A DNA stretch of 51,490 nucleotides from the NCBI GenBank assembly GCA_963789395.1, contig CAWBKP010000016.1, forward strand, positions 1 to 51,490, written 5' to 3'. The stretch is from an uncultured delta proteobacterium. Lineage in GTDB: Bacteria; Desulfobacterota; Desulfobacteria; Desulfobacterales; Desulfatirhabdiaceae. Of this stretch, positions 33,046-44,996 are shown piece by piece. How positions within the stretch are numbered: the first letter of the stretch is position 1; every line of letters begins with the position of its first letter. The position numbers and the translations under genes are program-made. The notes beneath the pieces are model-generated. The model did not search any database. It saw only the letters and a list, made by a program, of their open reading frames with translations, and was not told the origin of the DNA.

Positions 33046-33103
33046 AATCCCCGCCCGACGGGGGCTGGCGACCTTTGTTGTAGTTTTATCCCGGAAACTC
33101 CTG

Positions 33104-34125
33104 TCAAACAGTCCAAATACGTTGTGCAGATTCTGCGGGTCAATGCCGATGCCGTTGTCGCGAACATAGTAAACGGTCTGGCCGCCCTCCGTGGTCAACG
33201 CCGATCTCCACCACCGGCGCCGGTTGATCACCCATGAATTTTACGGCATTATCCAGAAGGTTCTGAAAAACCTCCACCAGACGGAAACGATCGCCGGTGA
33301 CAATAACCGGCGCAGACGTGATCACGATATTTACACCCCGTTGAGCGATTTGTCCAGCCACCAGTTTCAGGGCGGTACCTGCTTGGAACCTCAGGTCACT
33401 CAAAAAAAGCACGTCGCCGCCATCCCGCCGGACCAGCAGGGTTTCTGCGGTCCGGCTGGGCGTCGGCCAGTGGCTGATCAACGGATAAAGATAAATACCC
33501 GGATCAATCCGGAACACCAGCAAGCCGATGGGTCGACTGTGACCCGGCACATCGAGAATGGGAACCAGCAGGCTCAAATGTGCGGGACCTTCGGAACCAT
33601 CCCGATGAAATCCCAGAAAAGACACTTGTCCCGAATCCAGACATACAAGTTCATCCTGCGCCAGATGGGGAGCCAGCGGCTCGGGCAGATCGGGAACAGC
33701 CATCCGTTCCCCGCCACTGGCATCCAGCAGAAATATCCGATCGTATTGATAATGGAGCCGGAATTTGCTGAGCCAGACTCTCAGTTGGCGGAGCGCATCC
33801 GTATCTTCCGGATTTTCGAAAAAGCGCTGCACCAATGCAGAAAAAGGGGCGTTCTGGTAGAGAATATTGGCATCCGCAAAACGCTCTTTTCGCCACTGCA
33901 CCAGTTCGCTCACCTTCAGCTCCGCAATAGCGGAAAGCTGCCGCTCGACTTCGGAACGGAAACGCCGCTCGTAGTTCCGATAGTAGAAAACACCTGCCAG
34001 GATAATTCCCACTGACAGAATGCCGAAAATCAGCATGAGCCGGCGCGAGGCTGTTCTGTCCCCGTCATCACGCAGGGGAGACGGGGGGAGAAGTCCAGAA
34101 AAGGCGGCGTATGGATCTGTGTCAT
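33104..34125 (-). pseudogene. Sensor histidine kinase, 5' part (TM + Cache-like domain joined directly to HATPase; internal deletion, frameshifts and IS insertion)
   Basis: TM helix and periplasmic domain ..TAETLLVRRDG..FL, then directly EVFQNLLDNAVKF and VRDNGIGID; no second TM or HisKA visible. Confidence 0.75.
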
Positions 34126-34517
34126 AACGGTGTTCCAGTTTTTATCGGTTTGGGTTCATATCCGGGCTTGAGGAGCCACAAGGAAATCGAATTGGAAATA
34201 TTTTCGGTGAGAATCGACCCCAGCCTGTTAGCGTGCCGCCTACCTTCTCAGGCGGCGTTCAGATCAGTTTATGCTGTTGACTTTTGATATGGAACTTCCG
34301 AGAGGTCTGTTTCAGATTTCAACACAGATCGTAGTATGTTAATACTATAGGAATCACTTATTAAATCAACTCAATTCAGATAATTTAGGCAATTGTAGGG
34401 GCATTTTTCAGGAAGCGAACAAAGTGTTGTTAACTGATTGACATTACTGATATGGATAACTGTAGGTTCTGAATGGGCCCTTTCCACTATGAAGAAAAAG
34501 CAATCGGGGGCGGCGGC

Positions 34518-35435
34518 ATGAATCTTGTCAGTGACGCATTTGGAAGGATTGTCGATAATCTCCACGACGGATTGTATTTCGTCGATCGGGACAGAAAAAT
34601 CTTATACTGGAACAAAGCCGCAGAGAAAATTTCGGGTTTTACCGCTGAAGAGGTGGTCGGCAAGTCCTGTTCCGACAATATGTTGACGCATGTCGATGCC
34701 GACGGAATCGAGCTCTGCCTGGGCGATTGTCCGCTTGCGGCAAGCATTTCAGATCGAGAGCCGCGTGAAGCCGAAGTTTACCTGCACCATAAGGATGGGC
34801 ACAGAATACCGGTTTCCGTGCGTGTCAGCGCCCTGACCGATGCCGAAGACAACGTGATCGGCGGCATTGAATTATTTACGGATATCACCAATCAGCACGC
34901 CAACGCATTGCGGGTAAAAGAGCTTGAGGCGCTGGCGCTTCTGGACAGGCTGACGCAACTGGCAAACCGAAATTACATTGAAAAAGAGATCCAGAGCCGG
35001 TTCGAGGAGAAAAAGCGTTTCAATGTTCCGTTCGGTATTCTCTTTATGGACATCGACCATTTTAAAAAAGTCAATGACACCTATGGCCATGACATCGGGG
35101 ATGAAGTACTGAAGTTTGTCGCCAATACATTTGTTGCAAATTCCAGACCCTTTGACAGTTACGGCCGCTGGGGAGGGGAGGAGTTTATCGGCATTATCCG
35201 CAACGTCACCTGCCGGGACCTCGAATATATCGGCAACCGGCTGCGGCTGCTCGTTGAAAATTCCTACATTCCCCACCAAAACAAGAAACTGCATGTCACC
35301 ATTTCGATCGGCGCCGCGATCGTCAAGGAAGACGACACGATTGAAAGCCTTGTTAAAAGAGCGGACATCCTGTTGTACAAAAGCAAAGCAGCAGGACGAA
35401 ACCGCCTGACAATTGAAGAAGAAACCGTGCCTTGA
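34518..35435 (+). CDS. PAS-GGDEF diguanylate cyclase
   Basis: PAS (LHDGLYFVD..YWNKAAE); DIDHFKKVNDTYGH; RPFD I-site; RWGGEEF. Confidence 0.92.
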   Translation: MNLVSDAFGRIVDNLHDGLYFVDRDRKILYWNKAAEKISGFTAEEVVGKSCSDNMLTHVDADGIELCLGDCPLAASISDREPREAEVYLHHKDGHRIPVSVRVSALTDAEDNVIGGIELFTDITNQHANALRVKELEALALLDRLTQLANRNYIEKEIQSRFEEKKRFNVPFGILFMDIDHFKKVNDTYGHDIGDEVLKFVANTFVANSRPFDSYGRWGGEEFIGIIRNVTCRDLEYIGNRLRLLVENSYIPHQNKKLHVTISIGAAIVKEDDTIESLVKRADILLYKSKAAGRNRLTIEEETVP

Positions 35436-35563
35436 TCGCTCGTAAAATGCAACCCGATCAGCCCAAAAGCTGTCGTGCCATTACCCACCAATACGCGAAA
35501 CGCCAGCGACCCATAGAAAGAATGGCTGTAGCGCCGGAAAACATCTGAATACGGAGCGCCATT

Positions 35564-37303
35564 ATGGAAATCCTGATCGCAGAAGACGATGAACCGATAC
35601 TGGAGATGCTGGCCAACATCCTGGACTCTCTGGGTCATACGGTCCTGACAGCCCGAGACGGTCAGAAAGCCAGGCATATTTTTCAGACGAAATCCGTTCC
35701 CATGGTCATAACGGACTGGCTCATGCCGCAAATGGACGGACTGGAGCTGAGCAGGAAAGTCCGCGAGGTTTCCAGGGATCACTATACTTACATTATCGTG
35801 GCCACGGAAAATTAACAGAAAAAAGCGCTGCTGAAAACCCTGAAATGCGGGGTTGACGATTTCATTCTGAAACCCTTTGACGTGGACGAGCTAAGTACCC
35901 GAATCAATGCCGGTGAACGGATCATCAATTTGGAGAAATCGCACTGGAATCTTCAGCGGATTCTTATCGAAAGCCGCAACAAGCTTCGAATCGTCGTGGA
36001 TTCCCTTCCCGAGGAAATCGTATCCATCGATGCAGATCTTCGAATTGTTTCGGTGAACACCAGTTTTGTCAAAAGAAGAGGGCTTGGTTTTAGGACGGCT
36101 ATCGGCTCCCCCTGTTTTCAAGAAGCATACTGGCACATGGCAACCACCCGTTTTCAGACCATCATGGGGCATGCACGGGATGTGTTCACTTCGGGCTTGC
36201 CGATTCTTTTACAGGAATCCACGGATGAAGGCGTTCAGGGCAAACGCCATATTGAATTACATCTGCTGCCGATCATACATGAAGCCGGCAAGGTGGTTCA
36301 GGTAGCCATTGTCTCAAGGGATGTAACCGATCAGCGGCAAAAAGCGGTTGAAATCTCAAACCTTAACCAAAGACTCCAAAGCGCAGTCATTCAGATACAG
36401 GAAAAAAACGTCAAACTGGCGGAAACGCTGTCAGAATTAAAAGGCACCCAGTCCCAGATGGTTCAGGCTGAAAAAATGGCATCCATCGGTCAACTGGCGG
36501 CGGGCGTGGCCCACGAAATCAACAATCCGGTAGGGTTTGTCAGCAGCAATTTGAAAACGCTCACCGATTATCAGCAGGACCTGCACCAGATCCTCTCAGC
36601 CTATGGCCAGCTGCTGGGACAGCTTACCGGTTTGAAAGACAGCGGCCTGGATATTCCGGCAATTGAAGCCTTTGCCGTGCAGTTGCAGAAAAAGGCGAAG
36701 GATCTGGATATCGACTATATTCTGGAAGATACCCCCGGCCTTATCGCTGAATCCCGGGAAGGCCTGGATCGTATCAAAAAAATCGTTCAGGACCTGAAAG
36801 ACTTTGCCCATCCCGGAGATGACGTTCTGAAACTGTCTGATATGAACCTGAATCTGGACACCACCCTGAATATCGTCTGGAACGAATTGAAATATAAGGC
36901 AACCGTTCATAAAGCGTATGCGGCGGATCTTCCCCGGATCAAGTGCTATCCCCAGCAGCTCAATCAGGTATTCATGAATATTCTGGTTAACGCAGCTCAG
37001 GCCATTGAAAAGCAAGGGGAAATCCGGATTGTCACCCGCGAATCAGACGGTTTTGTTGAAATCATCATCAGCGACACCGGACAGGGCATTCCGGAGGCGA
37101 ATCTTTCCAGAATATTCGACCCGTTTTTCACCTCCAAGGAAGTCGGTAAAGGAACGGGTCTGGGGCTGAACGTGGCTTACAACATCATCAAAAAACATCA
37201 GGGCAACATCGATGTTCAGAGCCAAGTGGGGAAAGGCACAACATTTTCCGTCCGGATTCCTGTAAACGGGCCTGAGACGTCTCTTTCCAAAGACGTGACG
37301 TAG
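35564..37303 (+). CDS. Hybrid receiver-PAS-histidine kinase, frameshift near 35810
   Basis: ILIAEDD..TDWLMPQMDG..DFILKPF receiver; AGVAHEINNP H-box, NILVNAAQA, DTGQGI, FDPFF, GTGLGL. Confidence 0.88.
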
Positions 37304-37337
37304 CGGCCCGGCTGAGAATCAATATTTGAGCCGCTGG

Positions 37338-37823
37338 TTATAACTCCTTGAAAATCGCCGCTGCCTTATCGATATCTTCCGGACAGAACACGAACAGGCA
37401 CTTGGCATCCGGTGAGGATACCGAACCATAAACATAGTTGATGTTGATTCCCTCTTCTCCGAATTTTGTGGTGATTCTGGCCATTTCCCCGGGCTTGTTC
37501 TCCAGTTCGATGGCAATCACCGGCATCACGTCGAATATATATTCGTTCTTGGACAGCAGATCGACTGCCTTGTCCGTATTATTGACCAGAAGACGTATCA
37601 ATGCATGTTCCGCGGAGTCCTTGCGCATGGAATTGTAGCTGGATGCCGAGGCAATCCGCTTTAACGACTTTCCCCTTGCCTGAAAAAGCTCTTTCACATA
37701 ACTGGATGCATCCTGTATGGTCAGGGCGTCGATGTTGATTCCGGCATTCGACAGCAAATAGGATAATTTGCCCAGTTCTCCGGGTACGTTTTGCAAGAAT
37801 AACGATATTTCAGTTCGGACCAT
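37338..37823 (-). CDS. ACT-domain protein (tandem ACT)
   Basis: ISLFLQNVPGEL..AGINI and IELENKPGEM..EGININYVY repeats; RBS AGGAGG. Confidence 0.8.
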   Translation of the reverse strand: MVRTEISLFLQNVPGELGKLSYLLSNAGINIDALTIQDASSYVKELFQARGKSLKRIASASSYNSMRKDSAEHALIRLLVNNTDKAVDLLSKNEYIFDVMPVIAIELENKPGEMARITTKFGEEGININYVYGSVSSPDAKCLFVFCPEDIDKAAAIFKEL

Positions 37824-38143
37824 GATGTTTTCCTCCTGTTGAGGTTGCACGCGATGACGGTTTGCATAATCGGCTTTTCCGATCACGGATAATTGCATAC
37901 TACGTTATCGCCAACATTTCAATACAGAGACAGAACCGTCATGAATATTTTTCATGAATCTGCCGCACGCCCGCCATTCATTGACAAAACCGAAAAGGGG
38001 CTTAGATTTATGCGCAAGGTAATTACCGGAACAATCACATCAATTTCATTCCATGGCTGCATGAACCAAAGAATTCATTCGCATATGGCCCGTGAACGCT
38101 TACGGTTCAGCAAGCTTTAGGTGAGCATAACGGAGGATTTTCA

Positions 38144-38819
38144 ATGTACGAAACCAAAGAGCAGGTCCTGGAGCAAGTGCTGGCCCAGGAAAAACCGCAC
38201 TGTCCGCACTGTGGCACGGAAATGAACATCTGGGAAGTCCCCCCGATTCCGGTTGGTGACGGACTGGGGTGGGGAACACCGTATTTGTTTCTATGCTTTA
38301 ACGACGAATGCAAGCTTTATAAAGAAGGCTGGGAAAACCTGATGGAAAACTATTCGCATCATGCATCCTACCGGTGCATGAATTATCCGGGAACCCAGCA
38401 GTTCGAGCTGATGCCGGTATTCAGCCCCATGGGCGGAACCGGACAGATCATCGACAATCAAGTTCTGGCTCAGGAAGAAGCGCTGAAAGAAAACATCAAA
38501 AAAGGGTTTTCCATTCTGGCGGATTGTTATGTTTCCAAGGATTCCCCCTCAGTACTCAGAATCATTCTCGACCCCACGGAACCTTCCCGGGTCCGGTTGA
38601 AAGCCGCCGAGATGATCGGCGATATCGGCGATCTGGAAGCCGTTGAACCGCTTAAAAACCTCAAAGCTGGGAAATCGCCTCATTCAGGAAAAACTGGATG
38701 CATCGGTCCAGAAAATTCATGAGCGGTTTTTTACGCGGGAATGTCCGTTCTGCGCGGAAATCATCAAAAAAAGAGCCACGGTCTGCAAGCACTGCAACCG
38801 GGAAATCGCCGGTTGTTAA
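38144..38819 (+). CDS. Hypothetical zinc-ribbon + HEAT-like repeat protein, frameshift near 38670
   Basis: CPHC..CFNDEC at the N-terminus, VRLKAAEMIGDIGD HEAT-like repeat, C-terminal CPFCAE..CKHC in the shifted frame. Confidence 0.7.
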
Positions 38820-38840
38820 TCAAAGGCAAAACAGCTACCT

Positions 38841-38875
38841 TCCCCCTTTGACAAAGGGGGATTGAGGGGGATTTT
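38841..38875. repeat. REP-like hairpin between convergent genes, possible terminator
   Basis: TCCCCCTTTG-A-CAAAGGGGGA followed by TTGAGGGGGATTT. Confidence 0.55.
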
Positions 38876-38935
38876 CAGAAGGACGGCCGTCTAAAAATCC
38901 CCAATGACTTTTTATTTTCAACCGGAAAAATCCAT

Positions 38936-40477
38936 TCATTGTATTATCAGCGACCGCCCTGTCATCAACTCCGGTTTTTCAATGCCCATGATTTCCAGAA
39001 TCGTGGGAGCGATATCGCCCAGCACACCTGACCGGAGACCAGCCTGTTTTCGCGTGTCATCCACCAGAATCAGCGGCACCGGATTCAGGGTATGCGCGGT
39101 GTAGGGATTGCCGTTTTCATCCGCCATGGTTTCCGCGTTTCCATGATCGGCGGTTATCAGCACCGCACCACCCATGGTTTGAACTTTTTCCACGATTCTG
39201 CCCACGCATTCATCCACCGTTTCGCAGGCGCGAATGGCCGCATCCAGAAAACCGGTATGGCCGACCATGTCCATATTGGCAAAATTGAGCACCACCAGTT
39301 GGTAGGCGGTTTCGTCCAATCGGGATAGCAGTTGTTCAGTAACGGTTCTGGCGCTCATTTCCGGTTTCAGGTCATAGGTGGCAACGTCTCTAGGAGACGG
39401 AATCATGCACCGATCCTCCTGAGGGAACGCTTTTTCCTCACCGCCATTGAAAAAATAAGTGACATGCGCGTATTTTTCAGTCTCCGCAATCCGCAACTGG
39501 CGAAGCCCGCTCCGGCTGACGACTTCTCCCAGAATATCCTTCAGGCTGATTGGTGCAAAGGCAATGGGCAGAGAAAACGCCTCATCGTACTGGGTCATGC
39601 AGACATAACCACAGAGCTTGGGCAAGATCCGGCGGTCAAAACCAGTGAATTCCGCATCATTAAGGGCGTGGGTGATCTGGCGGACCCGGTCGGATCGAAA
39701 ATTAAAGCAGATCACCCCGTCCCCGTCCCGAAAAATCCCCAGCGGGTGATCACCTTTATCGGTCAATACAACGGGCTTGACAAATTCATCCATTTCCCCG
39801 CGGTGATAGGCTTTTTGAACGGCTTCCACCGGATCAATTTCATGCAGGCCGTCACCGGCGGTATACAGGCGATACGCCATTTCCGTCCGGTCCCATCGCT
39901 TGTCCCTGTCCATGGCGTAAAAACGGCCGCAGATCGATGCGATATCCCCGTAATTATGCCGGCAGATATGCTCTCTGAGCCGTCGGATAAACATATCGCC
40001 GCTGTCCGGCGGCGTATCCCGGCCATCTAATATCGCATGAACAAACACCTGTTTCAAACCGTTTTTTCTGGCCATGTCCAGAAGCGCCAGCAGATGATGG
40101 ATATCACTGTGTACCCCGCCGTCGGAAACCAAACCGACGAGATGCAGCGCGGAATTCCCGGCATTGACTTTCGACAGGATGGTTTTCAGTGTCGGATTCT
40201 CAAAAAAATCCCCTTCGCGAATCGCCTTGTTAATCCGCACCAGATCCTGATAGACGACCCTGCCGGCTCCGATATTCATGTGGCCGACTTCGGAATTGCC
40301 CATCACGCCTTCCGGAAGTCCCACCGCCTCTCCCGAACACAGCAGCCGGGTATGAGGATAGCTGTTCTTCAGGCGCTTCAGGCAGGGCGAATTCGCCAGT
40401 TCAACCGCATTGGCAATTCGGGAATCGCTGATTCCCCAGCCATCAAGAATCATGAGCAGGCACATCCGATTCTTCAT
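38936..40477 (-). CDS. gpmI: 2,3-bisphosphoglycerate-independent phosphoglycerate mutase
   Basis: LMILDGWG, MGNSEVGH, SDGGVHS, DGRD, AETEKYAHVT, DMVGHTG, TADHGN. Confidence 0.96.
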   Translation of the reverse strand: MKNRMCLLMILDGWGISDSRIANAVELANSPCLKRLKNSYPHTRLLCSGEAVGLPEGVMGNSEVGHMNIGAGRVVYQDLVRINKAIREGDFFENPTLKTILSKVNAGNSALHLVGLVSDGGVHSDIHHLLALLDMARKNGLKQVFVHAILDGRDTPPDSGDMFIRRLREHICRHNYGDIASICGRFYAMDRDKRWDRTEMAYRLYTAGDGLHEIDPVEAVQKAYHRGEMDEFVKPVVLTDKGDHPLGIFRDGDGVICFNFRSDRVRQITHALNDAEFTGFDRRILPKLCGYVCMTQYDEAFSLPIAFAPISLKDILGEVVSRSGLRQLRIAETEKYAHVTYFFNGGEEKAFPQEDRCMIPSPRDVATYDLKPEMSARTVTEQLLSRLDETAYQLVVLNFANMDMVGHTGFLDAAIRACETVDECVGRIVEKVQTMGGAVLITADHGNAETMADENGNPYTAHTLNPVPLILVDDTRKQAGLRSGVLGDIAPTILEIMGIEKPELMTGRSLIIQ

Positions 40478-40874
40478 CGGTATCATCCTCCTGGAAAGTA
40501 TCATCCATTTCGATTTGCGGACTGTCAACCCGAATCCTGGGAACATCCGACCAGAGCCCTTCCAGATTATAGAATCTGCGAATCGGGTCATAAAACACAT
40601 GGATCACCACATGGTCATAATCCAGAAGAATCCAGTGCCCGGAGCCCACCCCCTCGACCCCAAGGGGCCGGATATGATTATCCCGCATCTCTTTCTGGAC
40701 ATGATCGGCAATGGCCATGACCTGGCGGCTGGAACGCCCGCTGCAGATGATGAAATAATCAGTGATCGCCGTCATGCCCCGAAGATCCATGACCACAATG
40801 TCCAGGGCTTTTTTTCCCTGTGCGGCTTGAATAAAAAGATCCAGTGACGGATCAAACTGCAACTGCTGGGTCAT
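40443..40874 (-). CDS. rsfS: Ribosome silencing factor
   Basis: KKALDIVVMDL..DYFIICSG..WILLDY..VIHVF..R.FYNLEGLW. Confidence 0.93.
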   Translation of the reverse strand: MTQQLQFDPSLDLFIQAAQGKKALDIVVMDLRGMTAITDYFIICSGRSSRQVMAIADHVQKEMRDNHIRPLGVEGVGSGHWILLDYDHVVIHVFYDPIRRFYNLEGLWSDVPRIRVDSPQIEMDDTFQEDDTDEESDVPAHDS

Positions 40875-41542
40875 TGATAAAGTCCTTTGCTGGCAATAAA
40901 TTCAAATACTCTTTCCGGAACCAGAAACCGGATGGATCGGCACTTGCGTACCAGGGTTCGGATGGCAGAGGATGAGATTTCCAGGGATGTCACACCGATC
41001 AGATGCACGGGCTGAAACTCGGGATGAACAAAAACCGATTGCTGACGGTCGAATTGATAGCCGGGTATCAGCACATCCAGATAATCGGCAACGGCAATGG
41101 ACATGTCCTGAAACTGCACGCGGTTATGCGCTTCCGGCCTTCCCATGACAATCAGGGGCGTTCCGCCCAGGATTCCCATAAAATCTTTCCAGGTATGAAG
41201 TTCGAGAAAGGCATCCATGCCGATAATCAAAAAACGCGGGTCCGTTTCCGGCAACACCTTTGAAAAATAGGACAGGGTATCAATCGTATAGGAAGGGCCG
41301 GTACGCTTCAACTCCACATCCGATACGACAAAATCGGGATCATTTTCAACAGCGCATCGAATCATCTCCATGCGGTCCGAAGGGCTGGCAATGCCGACTC
41401 CGAATTTATGCGGCGGAATGGCGGAGGGGATCAGATAGACCCGTCCCAGTCCAAACCGTTCCCTTACCTCCAGAACCGTACGCAAATGCCCGATATGAAT
41501 CGGATTAAATGTGCCACCGAACAGCCCGATCCGCATGGACAT
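40871..41542 (-). CDS. nadD: Nicotinate-nucleotide adenylyltransferase
   Basis: GGTFNPIHIGH, PPHK, SYTIDT, IIGMD, ISSSAIR. Confidence 0.95.
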   Translation of the reverse strand: MSMRIGLFGGTFNPIHIGHLRTVLEVRERFGLGRVYLIPSAIPPHKFGVGIASPSDRMEMIRCAVENDPDFVVSDVELKRTGPSYTIDTLSYFSKVLPETDPRFLIIGMDAFLELHTWKDFMGILGGTPLIVMGRPEAHNRVQFQDMSIAVADYLDVLIPGYQFDRQQSVFVHPEFQPVHLIGVTSLEISSSAIRTLVRKCRSIRFLVPERVFEFIASKGLYQ

Positions 41543-41586
41543 CCTTTCTCTTCCCCTGCTGCTGCCTGTATTCCCGCTTGGGCCTG

Positions 41587-42843
41587 CTACTCCCTGATCT
41601 GCCCGTCCCCGAACACCACGAATTTGGTGGTTGTAAGCTCTTCCAGTCCCATGGGACCGAATGCATGGAGCTTGGTGGTGCTGATGCCGATTTCAGCCCC
41701 CAGTCCCAGTTGCCCCCCGTCATTAAACCGGGTGGATGCATTCACCAGCACCACGGATGAGTCCACCTCGCGAACAAACCGTCTGGCCCTTTCATAATCC
41801 CGCGTCACAATGGCATCGGTATGGCTGGAGCCGTATGCGGCGATATGTGATATGGCATCGTCCATGCCGGAAACCACTTTAACGGCCAACGTGAGATTCA
41901 GATATTCAGCCGGCCAGTCCGCATCTGTCGCCAATTCGGCCCGGGGAAGAATCCGGCATGTCTTCTCGCATCCCCGAAGCAAAACGCCTGCGCCGGTGAG
42001 CGTTTCCGCTACTTTCGGCAAAAAAACAGAAGCCGCGCTTTCATGAACGAGAAGGGTTTCCAGGGCATTGCAGACTCCCGGCCGCTGGACCTTGGCATTG
42101 AAGCAAATCCTTTCCGCCATGTCGAGATCCGCCCCGCTGTCCACAAACACGTGGCATACGCCTTTATAATGCTTGAGGACAGGGATTCTGGAATTCTCAA
42201 CAACAAACCGGATCAGGCTTTCGCCGCCTCGGGGAATGATCAGATCAATCCATTCTTCCTGTTGCAGCAGCGTGGTGACGGCGCTCCGATCCCGGACAGG
42301 AATCACCTGGGCGGACTCCTTCGGCAGCCCGGCTTCCTGGAGGGCCCGGGCAATGAGCGACGCCAGAACCTGGTTGGAGTGGTAGGCTTCTGAACCGCCG
42401 CGAAGGACCACGGCATTTCCCGATTTCAGGCAAAGCGCCGCCGCATCAATGGTGACGTTGGGTCTGGACTCATAGATGATGCCGATCACGCCCAGCGGAA
42501 TCCGCACCCGTGAAACCTCCAGTCCGTTGGGTCTGCGATAGCTCCGGATGGATGTCCCAACCGGATCCTCCAGCACAGCCACCTCCCGAAGTCCGTTCAT
42601 CATGGCATGAATCGTGGCATCGGTTATGGTCAGACGGTCGATCATGGCCGGCGAAAGTCCGGATTGCCGGCCCGCTGCAACATCCTTGGCGTTTTCCTGC
42701 TGAATGAATCCCGCATTTTCCCCAATCAGATCCGCCAGCTTCAGCAGCATGGCGTTTTTTTGAAAGGTCGGGCACCTGGCCATTTCCCGTGAAGCTGCCT
42801 TTGCAGCCCTTGCCATATCACTGACCATGGATTCAACAGTCAT
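41587..42843 (-). CDS. proA: Gamma-glutamyl phosphate reductase
   Basis: [53 protein letters not shown]. Confidence 0.97.
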   Translation of the reverse strand: MTVESMVSDMARAAKAASREMARCPTFQKNAMLLKLADLIGENAGFIQQENAKDVAAGRQSGLSPAMIDRLTITDATIHAMMNGLREVAVLEDPVGTSIRSYRRPNGLEVSRVRIPLGVIGIIYESRPNVTIDAAALCLKSGNAVVLRGGSEAYHSNQVLASLIARALQEAGLPKESAQVIPVRDRSAVTTLLQQEEWIDLIIPRGGESLIRFVVENSRIPVLKHYKGVCHVFVDSGADLDMAERICFNAKVQRPGVCNALETLLVHESAASVFLPKVAETLTGAGVLLRGCEKTCRILPRAELATDADWPAEYLNLTLAVKVVSGMDDAISHIAAYGSSHTDAIVTRDYERARRFVREVDSSVVLVNASTRFNDGGQLGLGAEIGISTTKLHAFGPMGLEELTTTKFVVFGDGQIRE

Positions 42844-43996
42844 GTATTCCTCCAGATTTTGTGGTAATTACCAGATTATCCCTGTGGATGACTTCATCAT
42901 AGGGTTTTTCCCCCAGTCGATCCCGGATCTGGCGGGATTGAAGCCCCATGATTTTCCGAATGTCCGCAGCACTGTAATTCACAAGCCCCGTGCCCAGCAT
43001 CTCGCTTTCCGCGGTTTTAAACTCAACGGGCGCACCGATTCCAAACTCGCCTTCAACGCCCACGATGCCGCTGGAAAGAAGACTCTTTCCCCGTTTGAGG
43101 ACAGCCGTCGCAGCGCCCTGATCGATAACGATGACCCCTTCGGGTTTAAGGGAATAGCCGATCCAGCATTTTCTCCTTGCCAGCCGTTCTGCCTGGGGAA
43201 CAAAAAATGTGCCGTATGTTCCGCCATCAAAAAGCTTTTCCAGAATGTCCGGAACATTGCCGTTGGCAATCACCAGGGGAACGCCTGCAGCCGTTACTTT
43301 TTTTGCAGCATTGATCTTGCTGAGCATGCCGCCGGTCCCCAGAGATCCGGGGATACCCCCTGCGATTTTCTCCAGGCTCTTTTTAAACTCCGTTACCATG
43401 GGAATCAGTTCGGCATCGGGATCGGAGCGGGGATCCGTGGCATACAAACCATCGATATCGGTCAGGATGATCAACATGTCGGCATCCATCAGCAGCGCAA
43501 TCATGGCCGCCAGATTGTCATTGTCACCGAATTTGATGGATTCAATGGCAACCGTATCATTCTCGTTGATGATGGGAACCACCTGCCAGGACAGCAGGGT
43601 ATAGAGGGTATTTCTGGCATTCAGATAGCGCTTGCGGTTATTCAGGTCATCGCTGGTCAGCAAAATCTGGGCGACTTTGTTTCCATAGCGCTCGAATGCG
43701 TTTTCATATTCCATGATGAGGCTGGCCTGGCCCACTGCCGAGACGGCTTGGCGTTTGGGGATTTCATCGGGCCTTTTGGCCAGGCCGATCTTGCGGATAC
43801 CGGCCGACATGGCGCCGGATGTCACCAGAATGACTTCCAGGCCCCGATCGATCAGCCTGCAGATCTGACGACTGATGGACCGGACGACATTCAGGTCCAG
43901 ACCGCTGTTCTCGGTAAGCACATTGCTGCCTACTTTGACAATTACCCGTCTGGCATTGTCAAAACTCGTTTTCCTGTCGGTTTTCATCGGCTGCAT
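42833..43996 (-). CDS. proB: Glutamate 5-kinase (with PUA domain)
   Basis: [39 protein letters not shown]. Confidence 0.97.
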   Translation of the reverse strand: MQPMKTDRKTSFDNARRVIVKVGSNVLTENSGLDLNVVRSISRQICRLIDRGLEVILVTSGAMSAGIRKIGLAKRPDEIPKRQAVSAVGQASLIMEYENAFERYGNKVAQILLTSDDLNNRKRYLNARNTLYTLLSWQVVPIINENDTVAIESIKFGDNDNLAAMIALLMDADMLIILTDIDGLYATDPRSDPDAELIPMVTEFKKSLEKIAGGIPGSLGTGGMLSKINAAKKVTAAGVPLVIANGNVPDILEKLFDGGTYGTFFVPQAERLARRKCWIGYSLKPEGVIVIDQGAATAVLKRGKSLLSSGIVGVEGEFGIGAPVEFKTAESEMLGTGLVNYSAADIRKIMGLQSRQIRDRLGEKPYDEVIHRDNLVITTKSGGIHDC

Positions 43997-44996
43997 CCAG
44001 AAAGCTTACGATGGTTGATATCAAATCGTCGATACCCGATCCGTTCACGGCGGATATTCGAATCAGAGATTTTTTGCCCGGAAGCGATCCAATGGCCTTC
44101 TGAAATGCGTCCGCAGCCGCGTTTGCCCCGGTAAGATCCATCTTGCTGAGCACTACGATCTGTGGCTTATGGCTCAGCAATTCGCTGTACAGGGACAGTT
44201 CGCGATTGATGGTTTCATAATCCCTGAGCGGATCATTGGGATCAATGACTGAAACGTCAATCAGGTGAACCAGAAAACGGGTGCGCTCGACGTGCCTTAA
44301 AAACTGAATCCCGAGCCCCGCACCCTCATGGGCCCCTTCAATCAGTCCCGGAATGTCGGCAACAACAAACGCTTCTCCGCCCCAGCGGGGCTTTACGACC
44401 CCAAGATTCGGGATCAGCGTGGTGAACGGATACGCCCCGATTTTGGGACGGGCGGAAGAAATCACGGAAATCAGCGTGGATTTTCCGGCATTCGGAAGCC
44501 CGACCAGACCGACATCGGCGATCAGTTTCAGCACCAGGCGAATGTTTAAGGTTTCGGCAGGCTCTCCTGGCTGGGCAAACCGCGGGGTTTGATGCGTGGA
44601 GGTTTTGAAGTGGGTATTGCCCTGCCCTCCCCTGCCGCCTTTTGCCAGAACAAAGGTTTCATCGGGGTTGACAAAGTCTTTGATGAGTTCGCCCGTATCG
44701 GCGTTAACGACCTGGGTGCCGGGCGGGATTTCAACGATCAGGTCATCGCCGTCTTTTCCGGTTCTCTGGTTTCCCTCGCCCCCGGACCCGTTTTGAGCTT
44801 TAAAGAATTTTTTGTAATTAAAATCATAAAGCGTGCGTTTCCGGGAAGAAGTAACCAGGATAATGTCTCCGCCCCTGCCCCCGCTGCCGCCATCCGGGCC
44901 GCCTTTGGGAATGAATTTTTCTCGCCGGAAACTGACGCAACCACTGCCGCCTTTGCCGGATTCAACCGTAATATTCGCTTCGTCTATGAATTTCAC
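43959..44996 (-). CDS. obgE: GTPase Obg/CgtA
   Basis: [46 protein letters not shown]. Confidence 0.97.
   Translation of the reverse strand: MKFIDEANITVESGKGGSGCVSFRREKFIPKGGPDGGSGGRGGDIILVTSSRKRTLYDFNYKKFFKAQNGSGGEGNQRTGKDGDDLIVEIPPGTQVVNADTGELIKDFVNPDETFVLAKGGRGGQGNTHFKTSTHQTPRFAQPGEPAETLNIRLVLKLIADVGLVGLPNAGKSTLISVISSARPKIGAYPFTTLIPNLGVVKPRWGGEAFVVADIPGLIEGAHEGAGLGIQFLRHVERTRFLVHLIDVSVIDPNDPLRDYETINRELSLYSELLSHKPQIVVLSKMDLTGANAAADAFQKAIGSLPGKKSLIRISAVNGSGIDDLISTIVSFLDAADENRQENEF

Larger units (their letters stand above)
27474..33103 (+). mobile_element. IS1634-family insertion sequence, interrupted by an IS66 element
   Basis: TIRs CAGGAGTTTCCGAGATAA and (reverse complement) CAGGAGTTTCCGGGATAA; 5-bp TSD TCAAA at 27469-27473 and 33104-33108. 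Confidence 0.88.

Noticed and set aside
42827..44134. Long antisense ORFs (435 aa here; also 10338-11276, 20493-21479, 45835-46788, 33191-34015)
   Set aside because: Shadow frames opposite well-supported genes, with no recognisable motifs
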